A stretch of DNA of 64,000 bases from Bacteroidia bacterium (GTDB taxonomy: Bacteria > Bacteroidota > Bacteroidia > SpSt-205): assembly GCA_039630245.1 (NCBI GenBank), contig JBCNVK010000003.1, forward strand, positions 88,754-152,753, in the 5' to 3' direction. Below, piece by piece: positions 1-9,214 of this stretch. A program made the translations under genes and the position numbers. The notes under the pieces are model-generated. The model did no database searches, was not told the origin of the DNA, and saw only the letters and a list, made by a program, of their open reading frames with translations. Numbering within the stretch: position 1 is the stretch's first letter; the number at the start of each line of letters is the position of its first letter.

Positions 1-2
1 GT

Positions 3-545
3 CAGCAACTGCAATCCTCCCTACCGGCTCTGGAAGTGTGGATTCACAAGCGCATTCCGATTAGCGCTGGGCTTGGCGGCGGCTCCAGCAATGCGGGTAC
101 CTTCCTCCGGCTCCTCGCCGAGCTTATGGAGCCCCCTCTTACTTTGGAATTTCTTCACAAGGTAGCGGCCCGAATAGGCAGCGATGTGCCATTTTTCCTG
201 TATAACCGCCCCATGCTGGCTAAGGATACGGGTACAGTACTTGAGCCTTTTGATCTTTCGCTAGAGGGTTATCAGGTCTTTGTCATCACACCACCTGTGC
301 CTTGTTCTACTAAGCACATCTATCGGGCCCTCCGCCCTACGCAGTGGAGCCGGCTGCCTATTGAGCCGATTTTGCGCCAGCCAATTTCGGAATGGCGCCA
401 TCAATTGCGCAACGACCTAGAGCTGGTGAGCTTCCAAATTTATCCAACGCTTCTGTGCTGGAAAATGGAACTTTATGCGGCGGGGGCGATTTATGCCAGC
501 ATGAATGGTAGTGGGAGCAGCTTATATGGAATTTTCCCCGCCTAA
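3..545 (+). CDS. ispE: 4-diphosphocytidyl-2-C-methyl-D-erythritol kinase (5' truncated by window edge)
   Basis: GHMP kinase motifs KRIPISAGLGGGSSN, GSDVPFF, NDLE and MNGSGS; frame is open back to the window start. Confidence 0.93.
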   Translation, partial: QQLQSSLPALEVWIHKRIPISAGLGGGSSNAGTFLRLLAELMEPPLTLEFLHKVAARIGSDVPFFLYNRPMLAKDTGTVLEPFDLSLEGYQVFVITPPVPCSTKHIYRALRPTQWSRLPIEPILRQPISEWRHQLRNDLELVSFQIYPTLLCWKMELYAAGAIYASMNGSGSSLYGIFPA

Positions 546-1726
546 TTGGAGGCGAAATAGCGCAAAGCCTCAAGGGCGAGGTGGGTAAAAAGGGCGGTTC
601 CTATTGCCAGGGCCTCTTCGGCGATATCAAACGCCGGGTTGTGTACGGGTAGATGGCTGGCGGGATTGGCCCCAGCGGTGCCTAACCGAATAAAGCAGGT
701 AGGCACATAACTCCCATAGAAGGCGAAATCTTCCGAACTAAGCCAGAGGGGCATCTCTATTACATTTGCTGCGCCCAGAAGGTCGGCGCTCCACTGGTGC
801 GTAAGTCGGGTAAGTTCGGGGTCGTTGATTAGGACAGGGTAGCCAGGGGCAAATTTTATCTCTGCGGCTACTTGCCAGGCGGCGGCGAGGTGCTGGGTAA
901 TCCCTTGGATGCGGGATTTAGCCTCTGCGCGCCAGCTCTCTTCAAAGGTGCGGAGCGTCCCGTGTAGATAAGCCTCTGTGGGGAGGATATTAGGCGCTGT
1001 GCCCGCTCGGAAAATACCAAAGGTAAGTACGGTAGGCGTGCGGGGGTCCGCGGCGCGACTTACCACAAGCTGAAGCTGGGTAAGGAGGTGAGCGCCTAAA
1101 ACTACGACATCGGGGGCTAGGTGAGGATAGGCGCCATGCCCACCTCGGCTGCGCAGCCAGATCTCTACCTCATCGCTGGCCGCCATAAAGGGGCCGGGCC
1201 TCAGGCCTATCTGTCCCACGGGGAGCTGGGGGGTGACGTGCAGGCCCCATAGCGCCCGCAATGGCCTTTCGCTGAGCACCCCTTCGGCAATCAATCGGCT
1301 AGCACCGCCCGGCGCCCGCTCCTCGCCTGGCTGAAAAATGAGCCGAACCCCCCCTTGCCAGCTTTCGGCCGACTCCTTCAAAAGGTAAGCTGTACCCAAG
1401 AGAATCGCCATGTGGGCGTCGTGGCCGCAGGCGTGCATTACGCCAGCTCGCTGTGAGGCGTAGGGCCTATCCGAGACCTCGGTCAAGGGTAGGGCATCCA
1501 TATCCGCGCGTAGGGCTATCCAAGGGCCATGAGGCGCCGTACATAGCTCCGCTACTACGCCTGTGCCGCCGCGCACCGAGGCGGGAATGCCCCACTCCCT
1601 CAGCCGCTCTAGAATAAATCGCTGGGTCTCATACTCCTCAAAGGAAAGTTCTGGATTCTGGTGAAAGTGGCGCCGCCACGCAATCAGTTTCGGTAGAAGC
1701 GCTTCGGCTGCTCGGCGTGCCTGCAC
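542..1726 (-). CDS. M20D family amidohydrolase
   Basis: RRHFHQNPELSFEE, LRADMDALP, MHACGHDAH, FQPGEE and SEDF motifs. ORF track starts at TTG 1732; GTG 1726 follows a -7-like box. Confidence 0.9.
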   Translation of the reverse strand: MQARRAAEALLPKLIAWRRHFHQNPELSFEEYETQRFILERLREWGIPASVRGGTGVVAELCTAPHGPWIALRADMDALPLTEVSDRPYASQRAGVMHACGHDAHMAILLGTAYLLKESAESWQGGVRLIFQPGEERAPGGASRLIAEGVLSERPLRALWGLHVTPQLPVGQIGLRPGPFMAASDEVEIWLRSRGGHGAYPHLAPDVVVLGAHLLTQLQLVVSRAADPRTPTVLTFGIFRAGTAPNILPTEAYLHGTLRTFEESWRAEAKSRIQGITQHLAAAWQVAAEIKFAPGYPVLINDPELTRLTHQWSADLLGAANVIEMPLWLSSEDFAFYGSYVPTCFIRLGTAGANPASHLPVHNPAFDIAEEALAIGTALFTHLALEALRYFASN

Positions 1727-1728
1727 AT

Positions 1729-1748
1729 GCAAAAGTGCCTACTTTTGC
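1729..1748. promoter_or_regulatory. Back-to-back -7 promoter boxes forming an inverted repeat (GCAAAAGT-gcct-ACTTTTGC)
   Basis: TACTTTTG 1740-1747 lies 4 nt before GTG 1752 (+); CACTTTTG 1737-1730 lies 3 nt before GTG 1726 (-). Confidence 0.7.
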
Positions 1749-1751
1749 TGA

Positions 1752-2840
1752 GTGCGGTGGCTATTCGACCGCTATATCCCGCGCCACTTTCATTTAGATG
1801 AGGTCCTATCCCTTCCTAACCTTCCCCCACCAGCGCCAGCCCCTCCTCTTCGTCGGCGCTATAAAATCATGGCCCGCCTCCTTCGGTATGCGCCCCACTT
1901 CTTAGGTGGGGTAGTGGTAGTTTGCCTTTGTCATAAGTACTGGAAGTTTCTCCCGGCTGCCTATGAGGAGTGGTACCATACGGCGTATGTACTCGCTGTA
2001 ACGGGCCTGGTGGGGTATGGTACGAACTGGCTTGCTATCAAGATGCTTTTTCACCCACGCAAGCCGCGGCCTATCTGGGGCCAAGGGTTAGTCCCTGCCT
2101 ATAAGGGACGAATCGTAGAGCGCTTCGCCGAGGCCATTACGCGCTATATCCTAAACGAAGAGGTACTGCATCGGGTACTTCACGAGGCTGGGGTAGCCCA
2201 GCGGCTTGCTTTAGCCCTTACGGAGGGCACCTCCAGCCTCCTCAAAGACCCAGAGTTCCGTGAGGACATCATTCGCCGAGGCAAGCGGGTCTTGATGCAG
2301 ATTGTGCAAGACCCAGTACAGCAAAAGAAGCTCGTCCATGTGCTGGACATGCGGCTGCTTCAGGTAGCGCCGGCGGGGATTGCGGGTAGCCTTTTCCGCT
2401 CCTACCGCCAGCTCAACGAAAAAGGCTATAAGGAGGTACTGGCCCGCACCATACTTTCCCTACCGGAGGCGTTTGAAGAGGCTATGCGGCTCACCGCACC
2501 GCCCGAGGAAGAAATCCATCGAGCCATCTTGTCCCAAACCGAGGAGCTTGAATCCCTTATTGCCGACATTTTACGGGCGGTCATCACGGCCTTGCCCATC
2601 CATCCGATTATTTATAATCAGCTAAGCGGCTTTGATGAGAGGCAGCTGGAGCGGCTCTTTCTCTATACGACCAGCGAGCATCTGGAATTCATACAGAATT
2701 TGGGGGCCCTTCTGGGGGTGTTGGCCGGGGTTTTCATCATGAATCCCTGGCTTTCCTTGGGTGGAGCTACCCTTACGATTGGCGGGCTCTGGATTTTGGA
2801 CGAGCTGCTCTATCGCTGGCAGAATCGGCGGCGTGCGTAG
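1752..2840 (+). CDS. DUF445 family membrane protein
   Basis: GLVGYGTNWLAIKMLFHP..GLVP near the N-terminus and HLEFIQNLGALLG near the C-terminus. Confidence 0.85.
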   Translation: MRWLFDRYIPRHFHLDEVLSLPNLPPPAPAPPLRRRYKIMARLLRYAPHFLGGVVVVCLCHKYWKFLPAAYEEWYHTAYVLAVTGLVGYGTNWLAIKMLFHPRKPRPIWGQGLVPAYKGRIVERFAEAITRYILNEEVLHRVLHEAGVAQRLALALTEGTSSLLKDPEFREDIIRRGKRVLMQIVQDPVQQKKLVHVLDMRLLQVAPAGIAGSLFRSYRQLNEKGYKEVLARTILSLPEAFEEAMRLTAPPEEEIHRAILSQTEELESLIADILRAVITALPIHPIIYNQLSGFDERQLERLFLYTTSEHLEFIQNLGALLGVLAGVFIMNPWLSLGGATLTIGGLWILDELLYRWQNRRRA

Positions 2841-4326
2841 GTTGTGGGCGCGCTATGTGGCAGGTGACCCGGCCCTAAGCGGGCTTTTGCTAGAGCATTA
2901 TGCCACCCCGTCTTGGGAGGCCGTCCGCCGTCGTAAAGCGGCCTTTCCGTATGACCGTTCCCGCCTCGTGGCGGCTCTAGAGCGGCAAAACGCCCCCTTT
3001 TTAGCAACCTATCCAGCTTTACGAGGGCTTTTGGAGGCTTTGCGTCAACCTACTACTTTCACCATCACTACGGGCCAGCAGCTGGGGTGGCTCACTGGCC
3101 CACTTTATACGATTATCAAGGCGCTTCATACCTGCCAGTTAGCGCAGCAGGTGGAGGCGACCCTTAATGGACGCTATCGGGTTGTACCCATTTTCTGGCT
3201 TGCTTCGGAAGATCATGATGCCGAGGAGGTAAGGGAAATAGCCCTTAGCTGGACTCAGCGTCTGCGCTACGCTGGCTACTTTCAAGGCCCGGTAGGTCGG
3301 CACATAATTGAGGCAGCCTTTCCCGAAGCGGCCCAGTCCCTGGCGCTTCAGCGTTTCTGGCAGGCCGGCCTTTCATGGGAGATGGCTTTCCGCTCAGCTT
3401 TCTATGCGCTCTTTGAAGGGCGAATTCTTCTTGTTTCAGGCGATGACCCTGAGCTCAAAGCCCTTGCAGCTTCCCTCTGGGTGCGTGAGGTAGAGGAGCA
3501 GCTCACCTTACACAGCCATCGCTTGGCCTGTGCCTACCTGCGTCGCATAGGCGAGAGACCCCTGCTGGCTTCGCGCGCCGTAAATCTTTTTTGGCTCTCG
3601 GATACGGAGCGCCGCTATCCTACCCCAGAAGAAGAGGCCCTTCTGCGCCGTGCGGCTCATGCGGAGCCGCACCGCCTCAGCCCAAACGTACTTCTACGGC
3701 CCCTCTACCAAGAGTACCTCCTTCCCAACTTAGCCTACCTTGCGGGGCCGGCGGAGGTGGCTTACTGGATAGAGCTTATGCCTACCTTTTCGGCATTTGG
3801 CGTGCCGCCGCCGCTGATTTATCCGCGCGGGCATTTGCGTGTGTTACCGGCTACAGCACTTGAGCTGCCTTCTGACTGGGCGTTGCCTGATTTATGGCGA
3901 GTGCCCTTTGCCAATCTACGCCGTGCGCTGGCGGAGGCCTGGGGCAGCGACGAAGTAGAACAGCTTATGGCCTGGTGGCGCCAGCATCGCCCCCCCCTTG
4001 AGAACCTACAAGGCCGGCCTTTCCTGCGCCATACCCTGCGCCTAATGGAGCGCTTCTGGCAAAAGTGGGGCGAAAAGCTCCGGCAAGCCGCCTTACGCGC
4101 TACCTATACCCAAAAGGCCGAAGCCATTCAAGAAATCTTGGCCTATCGCCTAGCCGTAGAACCCCCCGAGGCCCTTCAGGAACGCACCCTAAATGTCCAT
4201 GCCTTTAGCGAGGACCCTATTACTTGGGTTCAAAAGCTTGGCGAAAGCCTCTCTTTCCAGCCGGCGCAGTGGCACTACTGGATCACACCTGAGCCTCTAC
4301 CTTACCTCAGGCCAGAGCAGATTTGA
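2833..4326 (+). CDS. bshC: Bacillithiol biosynthesis cysteine-adding enzyme BshC
   Basis: TTGQQLGWLTGPLYTIIK, VPIFWLASEDHD, SPNVLLRPLYQE, YLAGPAEVAYW and LQER motifs. Start placed at GTG 2833 overlapping the upstream stop (ORF track 2761). Confidence 0.9.
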   Translation: MRRLWARYVAGDPALSGLLLEHYATPSWEAVRRRKAAFPYDRSRLVAALERQNAPFLATYPALRGLLEALRQPTTFTITTGQQLGWLTGPLYTIIKALHTCQLAQQVEATLNGRYRVVPIFWLASEDHDAEEVREIALSWTQRLRYAGYFQGPVGRHIIEAAFPEAAQSLALQRFWQAGLSWEMAFRSAFYALFEGRILLVSGDDPELKALAASLWVREVEEQLTLHSHRLACAYLRRIGERPLLASRAVNLFWLSDTERRYPTPEEEALLRRAAHAEPHRLSPNVLLRPLYQEYLLPNLAYLAGPAEVAYWIELMPTFSAFGVPPPLIYPRGHLRVLPATALELPSDWALPDLWRVPFANLRRALAEAWGSDEVEQLMAWWRQHRPPLENLQGRPFLRHTLRLMERFWQKWGEKLRQAALRATYTQKAEAIQEILAYRLAVEPPEALQERTLNVHAFSEDPITWVQKLGESLSFQPAQWHYWITPEPLPYLRPEQI

Positions 4327-4327
4327 G

Positions 4328-5071
4328 TCAGTGACGCAGGAAGACTTCGTATTGCAGGCCCAGCTGCAGCCCAATCAGCTGGTAGAAGGCCGGCTTGCGG
4401 TTAGGGTTGTAAAGCGGCGTCCCTTCGCTACCTAAGCGGAAGTTCTTTTTCTCCATGTCGCCCAGGCTTACCTCATAGCTGAGTAGGCCAAGAAGCCACA
4501 CTTGAGGCACTAGGCGGAAGCGTAGGCCAGCAGCTACATGCAGGCTGCCGCCTGCGGGCTGATACATGCGTTGGAGAATAAGGTGATCCTCTGGGCGGGT
4601 GCTACGGTCTAAGTAAGCCAGCACGGTTTGGATTACTTGCGGCGCTATGGTGTTACCTGGGCTCACGCTGTCCCCCTGTAGCGTCATGTCAGCCTGGGTA
4701 AGAAAGATAACGCTAGGGCAAAAGCTCATCCAGAGGCCCCAGTTTTTGCCTTCGCGCTGGTACTGGGGCTGGAAAGCTAGACCGACACGCAGGTAATGCA
4801 GGTTGATTTCGGCACTATAGTCGCGTCCGCTCAGCCCTAAACCGTAGTATTTCTGCCCCACGCCCTGGTAGGCTAGCTCTATCCCCGCTCGGAGGAAAGG
4901 CTGCCAACCCCAGCTCAAAAATCCCGTTATGCCTGCGGTGTAAGTAGGCGAAAAGCTTACGAGGGGAGAGGTCTTATCGGTAGGGCAGGCGATGTGCGAG
5001 TTCATCAGCTGAACCCGTGCACCCATGCTCAAGGCCGACTGAAGCCATATCAAACACCCACCAAGGCTCAT
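4328..5071 (-). CDS. Outer-membrane beta-barrel protein (PorT/OMP_b-brl-like)
   Basis: Alternating aromatic/aliphatic strands, ELAYQGVG..INLHYL pattern, terminal strand LQLGLQY. Confidence 0.6.
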   Translation of the reverse strand: MSLGGCLIWLQSALSMGARVQLMNSHIACPTDKTSPLVSFSPTYTAGITGFLSWGWQPFLRAGIELAYQGVGQKYYGLGLSGRDYSAEINLHYLRVGLAFQPQYQREGKNWGLWMSFCPSVIFLTQADMTLQGDSVSPGNTIAPQVIQTVLAYLDRSTRPEDHLILQRMYQPAGGSLHVAAGLRFRLVPQVWLLGLLSYEVSLGDMEKKNFRLGSEGTPLYNPNRKPAFYQLIGLQLGLQYEVFLRH

Positions 5072-5075
5072 GCTA

Positions 5076-5083
5076 CAAAGTTA
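5076..5083 (-). promoter_or_regulatory. -7 promoter box TAACTTTG, sharing its TAA with the aroC stop codon
   Basis: Matches Bacteroidota TAnnTTTG; 4 nt before ATG 5071. Confidence 0.7.
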
Positions 5084-6157
5084 GGATTTGTAGAGCCGAT
5101 TGAGAAGGATAAAGTCGGCTAAGACTAAGGCGGTCATGGCTTCTACGATCGGTACGGCGCGCGGGACAGGGCAAGGATCATGACGCCCCTCAGCGATAAA
5201 CTCCACTTCTTCGCCGTGGCGTGTGACGGTGCGTTGAGGCTGCCGAAGGGTAGCAATAGGCTTGAAGGCTACCCGAAAAAAGAGGGGTTCTCCAGTAGAG
5301 ATCCCGCCTAATACGCCGCCGGCGTGATTGGTGGCGGGTCGTATGCGACCTGAAGGGTCTTTATGAAAGGGGTCATTATGCACGGAGCCTAAGGTAGAGG
5401 CTGCTGCAAAGCCCTCGCCTATTTCAAAGCCGCGGGCTGCATTGATGCTTAGCATGGCGTAGGCGAGGCGGGCCGGGAGTTTGTCATAAATGGGCTCGCC
5501 TAAGCCGGGGGGTACCCCGTGGACTTCTACCGCGATGACTCCGCCTGTGGTATCGCCAGCCGCTTGTAATTCGGCTAAGTAGCGCTCCATTTCGGCGCTT
5601 ACCACGGGATCGGGGCAGCGGACAGGGGAGCGCTCTACTTCGGTGCGGTCAGCTGGGCGATAGGCCGTAGCAAAGGGGCCAATTGCACAGCTCCAGGCTA
5701 CAATCTGCAGGTCAGGCACCGTTTGGTGGAGAAACTGCTGGGCTACGGCGCCAGCGGCTACGCGGGCAGCCGTCTCTCGGGCCGAACTGCGCCCACCGCC
5801 TCGTGGGTCCGTATGCCCGTATTTGAGGGCATAGGTAAAGTCGGCGTGGGAGGGCCGGTAAAGTTGGGCCAGCTTAGCGTAGTCGGCTGGGCGGGCGTCG
5901 GTATTAGCGATCCAAAGCGCCAGCGGTGCACCCGTGGTACGCCCTTCGTAGAGGCCGCTTAAGACCTCTACGCGGTCGGCCTCTTGGCGCGGCGAGGTGT
6001 AGGGGGAAGCGCCAGGCCGACGCCGGTCCAGTTCCGCCTGTATAGCCTCCACCGAGATAGCCACCGCACTTGGTAGGCCATCTATGACTACGCCTATCCC
6101 CACGCCGTGGGACTCGCCAAAAGTGGTAATCCGCAGCGCTCTACCGAAGGTATTCAT
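5081..6157 (-). CDS. aroC: Chorismate synthase
   Basis: TTFGESHG, RPSHAD, GGGRSSARET and GRHDPC motifs. Confidence 0.97.
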   Translation of the reverse strand: MNTFGRALRITTFGESHGVGIGVVIDGLPSAVAISVEAIQAELDRRRPGASPYTSPRQEADRVEVLSGLYEGRTTGAPLALWIANTDARPADYAKLAQLYRPSHADFTYALKYGHTDPRGGGRSSARETAARVAAGAVAQQFLHQTVPDLQIVAWSCAIGPFATAYRPADRTEVERSPVRCPDPVVSAEMERYLAELQAAGDTTGGVIAVEVHGVPPGLGEPIYDKLPARLAYAMLSINAARGFEIGEGFAAASTLGSVHNDPFHKDPSGRIRPATNHAGGVLGGISTGEPLFFRVAFKPIATLRQPQRTVTRHGEEVEFIAEGRHDPCPVPRAVPIVEAMTALVLADFILLNRLYKS

Positions 6158-7547
6158 AGGCGCCTATATCAGGCTGAGCATCACGCGGTCGCCCCAAAAG
6201 ATCAACCATGGGGGTAAGGCCGGGTTCGTTCTTACCTCGGTCTATGAGGGGGCTTTCGGCACGCAGCGGATAGAATTCCGCCGCCGGCCCTACCTCTAAG
6301 CTGCGGGGATAGAGGTGACCCGGACCCGGTAAGGGATTTTTCTGCTGGAAGGCGCAAAACTCCCAGCTTAGCTGAGGCTGGGTGCCGTAGGTTTCTACGA
6401 CCACGGCGTCTTCCTTCACACTCCAGAAAACGCTATTTAGGGCTTGCCAGTTCAGAGGGTAAGTGCGAAGGGTTTGGTCGGGAAAGCGGTAGAAGTCACC
6501 GATCAAGAGCGCCGTCTGACCGCGTCGGGGGTCTGGCTGGTCATACAGAAGGGTACAGTGAATAAGCTGGTAACTCCCCCCGCCGACGAAAGCCGCACAG
6601 GCTTGGCCGCACTGAAAAATGAGCGTATTTACGGCTTGGAGCGTGGGCTGGGGCGGTAGCTGCGGCGCAAAACTTAGCCCTAAAATTCCATAATTGGCCG
6701 CCTGATAAATGATACACCCCTCCAGGTAGAGCTTCGGCGCAGAGGCATCGCCTACGGAGTCCAAGCGTATGCCGATACTGCTTTGGCTGATGCGCGTGTA
6801 GAGGAGGCGGTTAGCGCGGCTTGTGGGCAGAAACCACAGGCCCTGCCACTGGCCCGCCGCGGTAGCGTAGTAGGGTTCTAAGCGCCATCCCTGCATGGTG
6901 ATGGGCTGGGCGGGGGTCCCTAGGGCTTCCAAGCGCCCGGCTATATATAACCCCGAAGCGAGCTCGCCGCGTAGAGGTCCGCTTTCCCAGCGCTTACCCG
7001 AGAAGAAAAGCCGTGTGCCCGGCAGAATGCGCAGAACTGCCGCCGGGCCTACGTAAAAATAGCCGTCAATCACTATCGGTTTGTCCGAAGGAAAGGATAC
7101 TATAGCGCTGTCAAATCCGAAATCCCTATAGACATATGCCGCTATGAGGGTAGCGCGCAGTACCACGGCCTGGAGGCCCTTTTCGGTTTCCCAGAGCAGG
7201 CGATCCATTCGGGTGTCGTTGACAAAGGTGGTATCCTGAAGGGTGAGGAAGACCTGCGCGCTATCACGCGGCCGAAGCGTGTAAGGCTGAGTAAGAGGCC
7301 CGGGCTGCCCATCAAAAATAAACCGGAAAGGACTCCGCTCGGCTTTCTCCAGGCGTATGGAGCGGATAACTACGGGAAAGGGGTGGGGATTATATACCCA
7401 CAGGCGCTGCGTAGGGGAGAGGAGGGTAGAGAAGAGGGAGTCAAATACGACGGTGTCGCGGGAGAAGCGCAATTCGCCAGCTTGAGGGGGTAGCCACTCG
7501 CGGCGGCAGCTCCATAGCAGGAGCAGCCCTATCCACACCCTACGCAC
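6141..7547 (-). CDS. Putative lipoprotein with Ig-like and right-handed beta-helix domains
   Basis: LLLWS-C lipobox, FSRDTVVFD, GQWQGLWF and C-terminal DLLGRPR..PDIGAYE. Start placed at GTG 7547, 3 nt after TACCTTTG (ORF track 7553). Confidence 0.65.
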   Translation of the reverse strand: MRRVWIGLLLLWSCRREWLPPQAGELRFSRDTVVFDSLFSTLLSPTQRLWVYNPHPFPVVIRSIRLEKAERSPFRFIFDGQPGPLTQPYTLRPRDSAQVFLTLQDTTFVNDTRMDRLLWETEKGLQAVVLRATLIAAYVYRDFGFDSAIVSFPSDKPIVIDGYFYVGPAAVLRILPGTRLFFSGKRWESGPLRGELASGLYIAGRLEALGTPAQPITMQGWRLEPYYATAAGQWQGLWFLPTSRANRLLYTRISQSSIGIRLDSVGDASAPKLYLEGCIIYQAANYGILGLSFAPQLPPQPTLQAVNTLIFQCGQACAAFVGGGSYQLIHCTLLYDQPDPRRGQTALLIGDFYRFPDQTLRTYPLNWQALNSVFWSVKEDAVVVETYGTQPQLSWEFCAFQQKNPLPGPGHLYPRSLEVGPAAEFYPLRAESPLIDRGKNEPGLTPMVDLLGRPRDAQPDIGAYEYLR

Positions 7548-7571
7548 ACACAAAGGTAGTTATCCCGTCAG

Positions 7572-7604
7572 GTGGAGCAAAGTGGGAGAGAGTGGCTATC
7601 TTTG
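7572..7604 (+). promoter_or_regulatory. dcw promoter: three MraZ boxes (GTGG at 10-bp spacing) followed by the -7 box TATCTTTG
   Basis: GTGG at 7572, 7582 and 7592; TATCTTTG at 7597-7604; directly upstream of mraZ. Confidence 0.8.
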
Positions 7605-7611
7605 CCAACAA

Positions 7612-8055
7612 GTGTTTCTATTTGGCGAGTACAAGGCGCGCTTGGACGCTAAGCGGCGATTTGTTGTGCCGGGGGCGCTGCTGGCCCTTTTGCCAGAGGG
7701 GGCCCGCACGGAGTTTGTACTGCAAAAGGCCCCTGACCCTTGCCTCTGGCTTTACCCCTTAGCCGTGTGGAAAGGGGAGCTGGAAAAGCTTCACGCGCGC
7801 CTCAACCTCTTTACACCTGAGGGCCGAAACTTCCTTCGGCTCTTTCAATCTGGGGCTCAGCCTGTGCAGCCGGATGCGGCGGGCCGACTCCTTCTACCTA
7901 AGCCATTTTGCGATTATGCGGGGCTGACGGGTGAGATTGTGCTTATCGGCCTGAAGGACCGCATAGAGATATGGGACCAAGCTCAGTATGAAACCTGGAA
8001 AACTCGGCACGAAAGCACCTTCTCGGAATGGCTGCAGAGGTTCTTGGGGAGCTGA
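7612..8055 (+). CDS. mraZ: Division/cell-wall cluster transcriptional repressor MraZ
   Basis: FGEY..LDAKRRF, DAAGRLLLP and RIEIWD motifs; first gene of dcw. The ORF-track start 7582 lies within the MraZ boxes. Confidence 0.93.
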   Translation: MFLFGEYKARLDAKRRFVVPGALLALLPEGARTEFVLQKAPDPCLWLYPLAVWKGELEKLHARLNLFTPEGRNFLRLFQSGAQPVQPDAAGRLLLPKPFCDYAGLTGEIVLIGLKDRIEIWDQAQYETWKTRHESTFSEWLQRFLGS

Positions 8056-8930
8056 AAAAGGGTTATCATACGCCTGTTCTTCTAACGGAGGCGGTGGAAG
8101 GTTTGATTACTGCGCGCGAGGGGCTGTATGTGGATGCGACATTTGGGGGGGGCGGGCATAGCCGTGCCATCCTAGCGCGGCTTGGCCCAAAGGGCCGACT
8201 CATGGGTCTGGATTGCGACCCTGAAGCCCCCTTGGATAGTCTGCAAGACCCGCGCTTCATGCCTCTACGCGGAAACTTCCGCTACTTGGGCGCTTTGCTG
8301 GCCCAGCAGGGTATTCAAGAAGTGACGGGGATTTTAGCCGATTTGGGGGTGTCGTCCCACCAGTTAGATACGCCTCAGCGCGGGTTTAGCTATCGCTGGG
8401 CGGCGCCTTTAGACCTTCGGATGAATCCAAATGAGGGTCAGCCGGCGTGGGAATGGCTTCGCCAGCAATCTCCTGAGACTTTAGCCTACTACCTGCGTGA
8501 GTATGGCGAAGTGCCCTACAGCCGGCGCTTGGCCCGCCGCCTTAAGGCCGCCCTACGCCCGCATTTTTCCACGCAGGACCTGCGCGCCTGCATAGAGGCA
8601 GTGTATGGGCCAGCCGCTCGCCGCTACCTTGCGCCCGTATTCCAGGCCTTGCGCATCGCCGTAAATGACGAACTGAATGCACTGGCCGAATTTCTCGCGC
8701 AAACTACTTCCCTCGTGCGGCCAAGGGGGCGGCTGGTGCTTCTTACCTACCATAGCGGCGAGGCGCGTTTGGTCAAAGCGCATCAGCGGCAGCTTCTATG
8801 GGCCGACCCTCTCACGGGCGCAAAAACCTACGCTTGGCGCCTCCTTGCTAAGTCCCGCCCTTCACCCCAGGAAAGGGCTGCCAATCCGCGCAGCCGCTCG
8901 GCTACCCTCTGGATTTTAGAAAGGCTATGA
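8028..8930 (+). CDS. rsmH: 16S rRNA m4C1402 methyltransferase RsmH
   Basis: HTPVLL, YVDATFGGGGHS, DLGVSSHQLD..RGFS, FQALRIAVN and NPRSRSA motifs. Confidence 0.96.
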   Translation: MAAEVLGELKKGYHTPVLLTEAVEGLITAREGLYVDATFGGGGHSRAILARLGPKGRLMGLDCDPEAPLDSLQDPRFMPLRGNFRYLGALLAQQGIQEVTGILADLGVSSHQLDTPQRGFSYRWAAPLDLRMNPNEGQPAWEWLRQQSPETLAYYLREYGEVPYSRRLARRLKAALRPHFSTQDLRACIEAVYGPAARRYLAPVFQALRIAVNDELNALAEFLAQTTSLVRPRGRLVLLTYHSGEARLVKAHQRQLLWADPLTGAKTYAWRLLAKSRPSPQERAANPRSRSATLWILERL

Positions 8931-9214
8931 AGCGCTGGCTCTTTTTGGGCTTGCCACAGCACCTGGGGGTATGGCTGTATGCCCTGCTGTGGATAATCAT
9001 ATATGTAGCCTCTCAGTATCGAGCGGAGCAAAAGATTCGTCGCCTGCATGTTTTGCGTCGGGCCCTTTCGGAGAAGCGGGCCGAATACCTCCAGCTTAAC
9101 GCCAGCGTAAGTCAGAAGCGCAGCTATTCGGCCCTACGCCCTAAGCTGGATAGCCTGAACCTTTTCCTCCCGCGCGAAGCCCCCATTCAGGTAGTCTATG
9201 AGCAAAGTCCTTAA
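8927..9214 (+). CDS. ftsL: FtsL-like cell division protein
   Basis: Single TM segment plus coiled coil, located between rsmH and the PBP gene. Confidence 0.7.
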   Translation: MKRWLFLGLPQHLGVWLYALLWIIIYVASQYRAEQKIRRLHVLRRALSEKRAEYLQLNASVSQKRSYSALRPKLDSLNLFLPREAPIQVVYEQSP

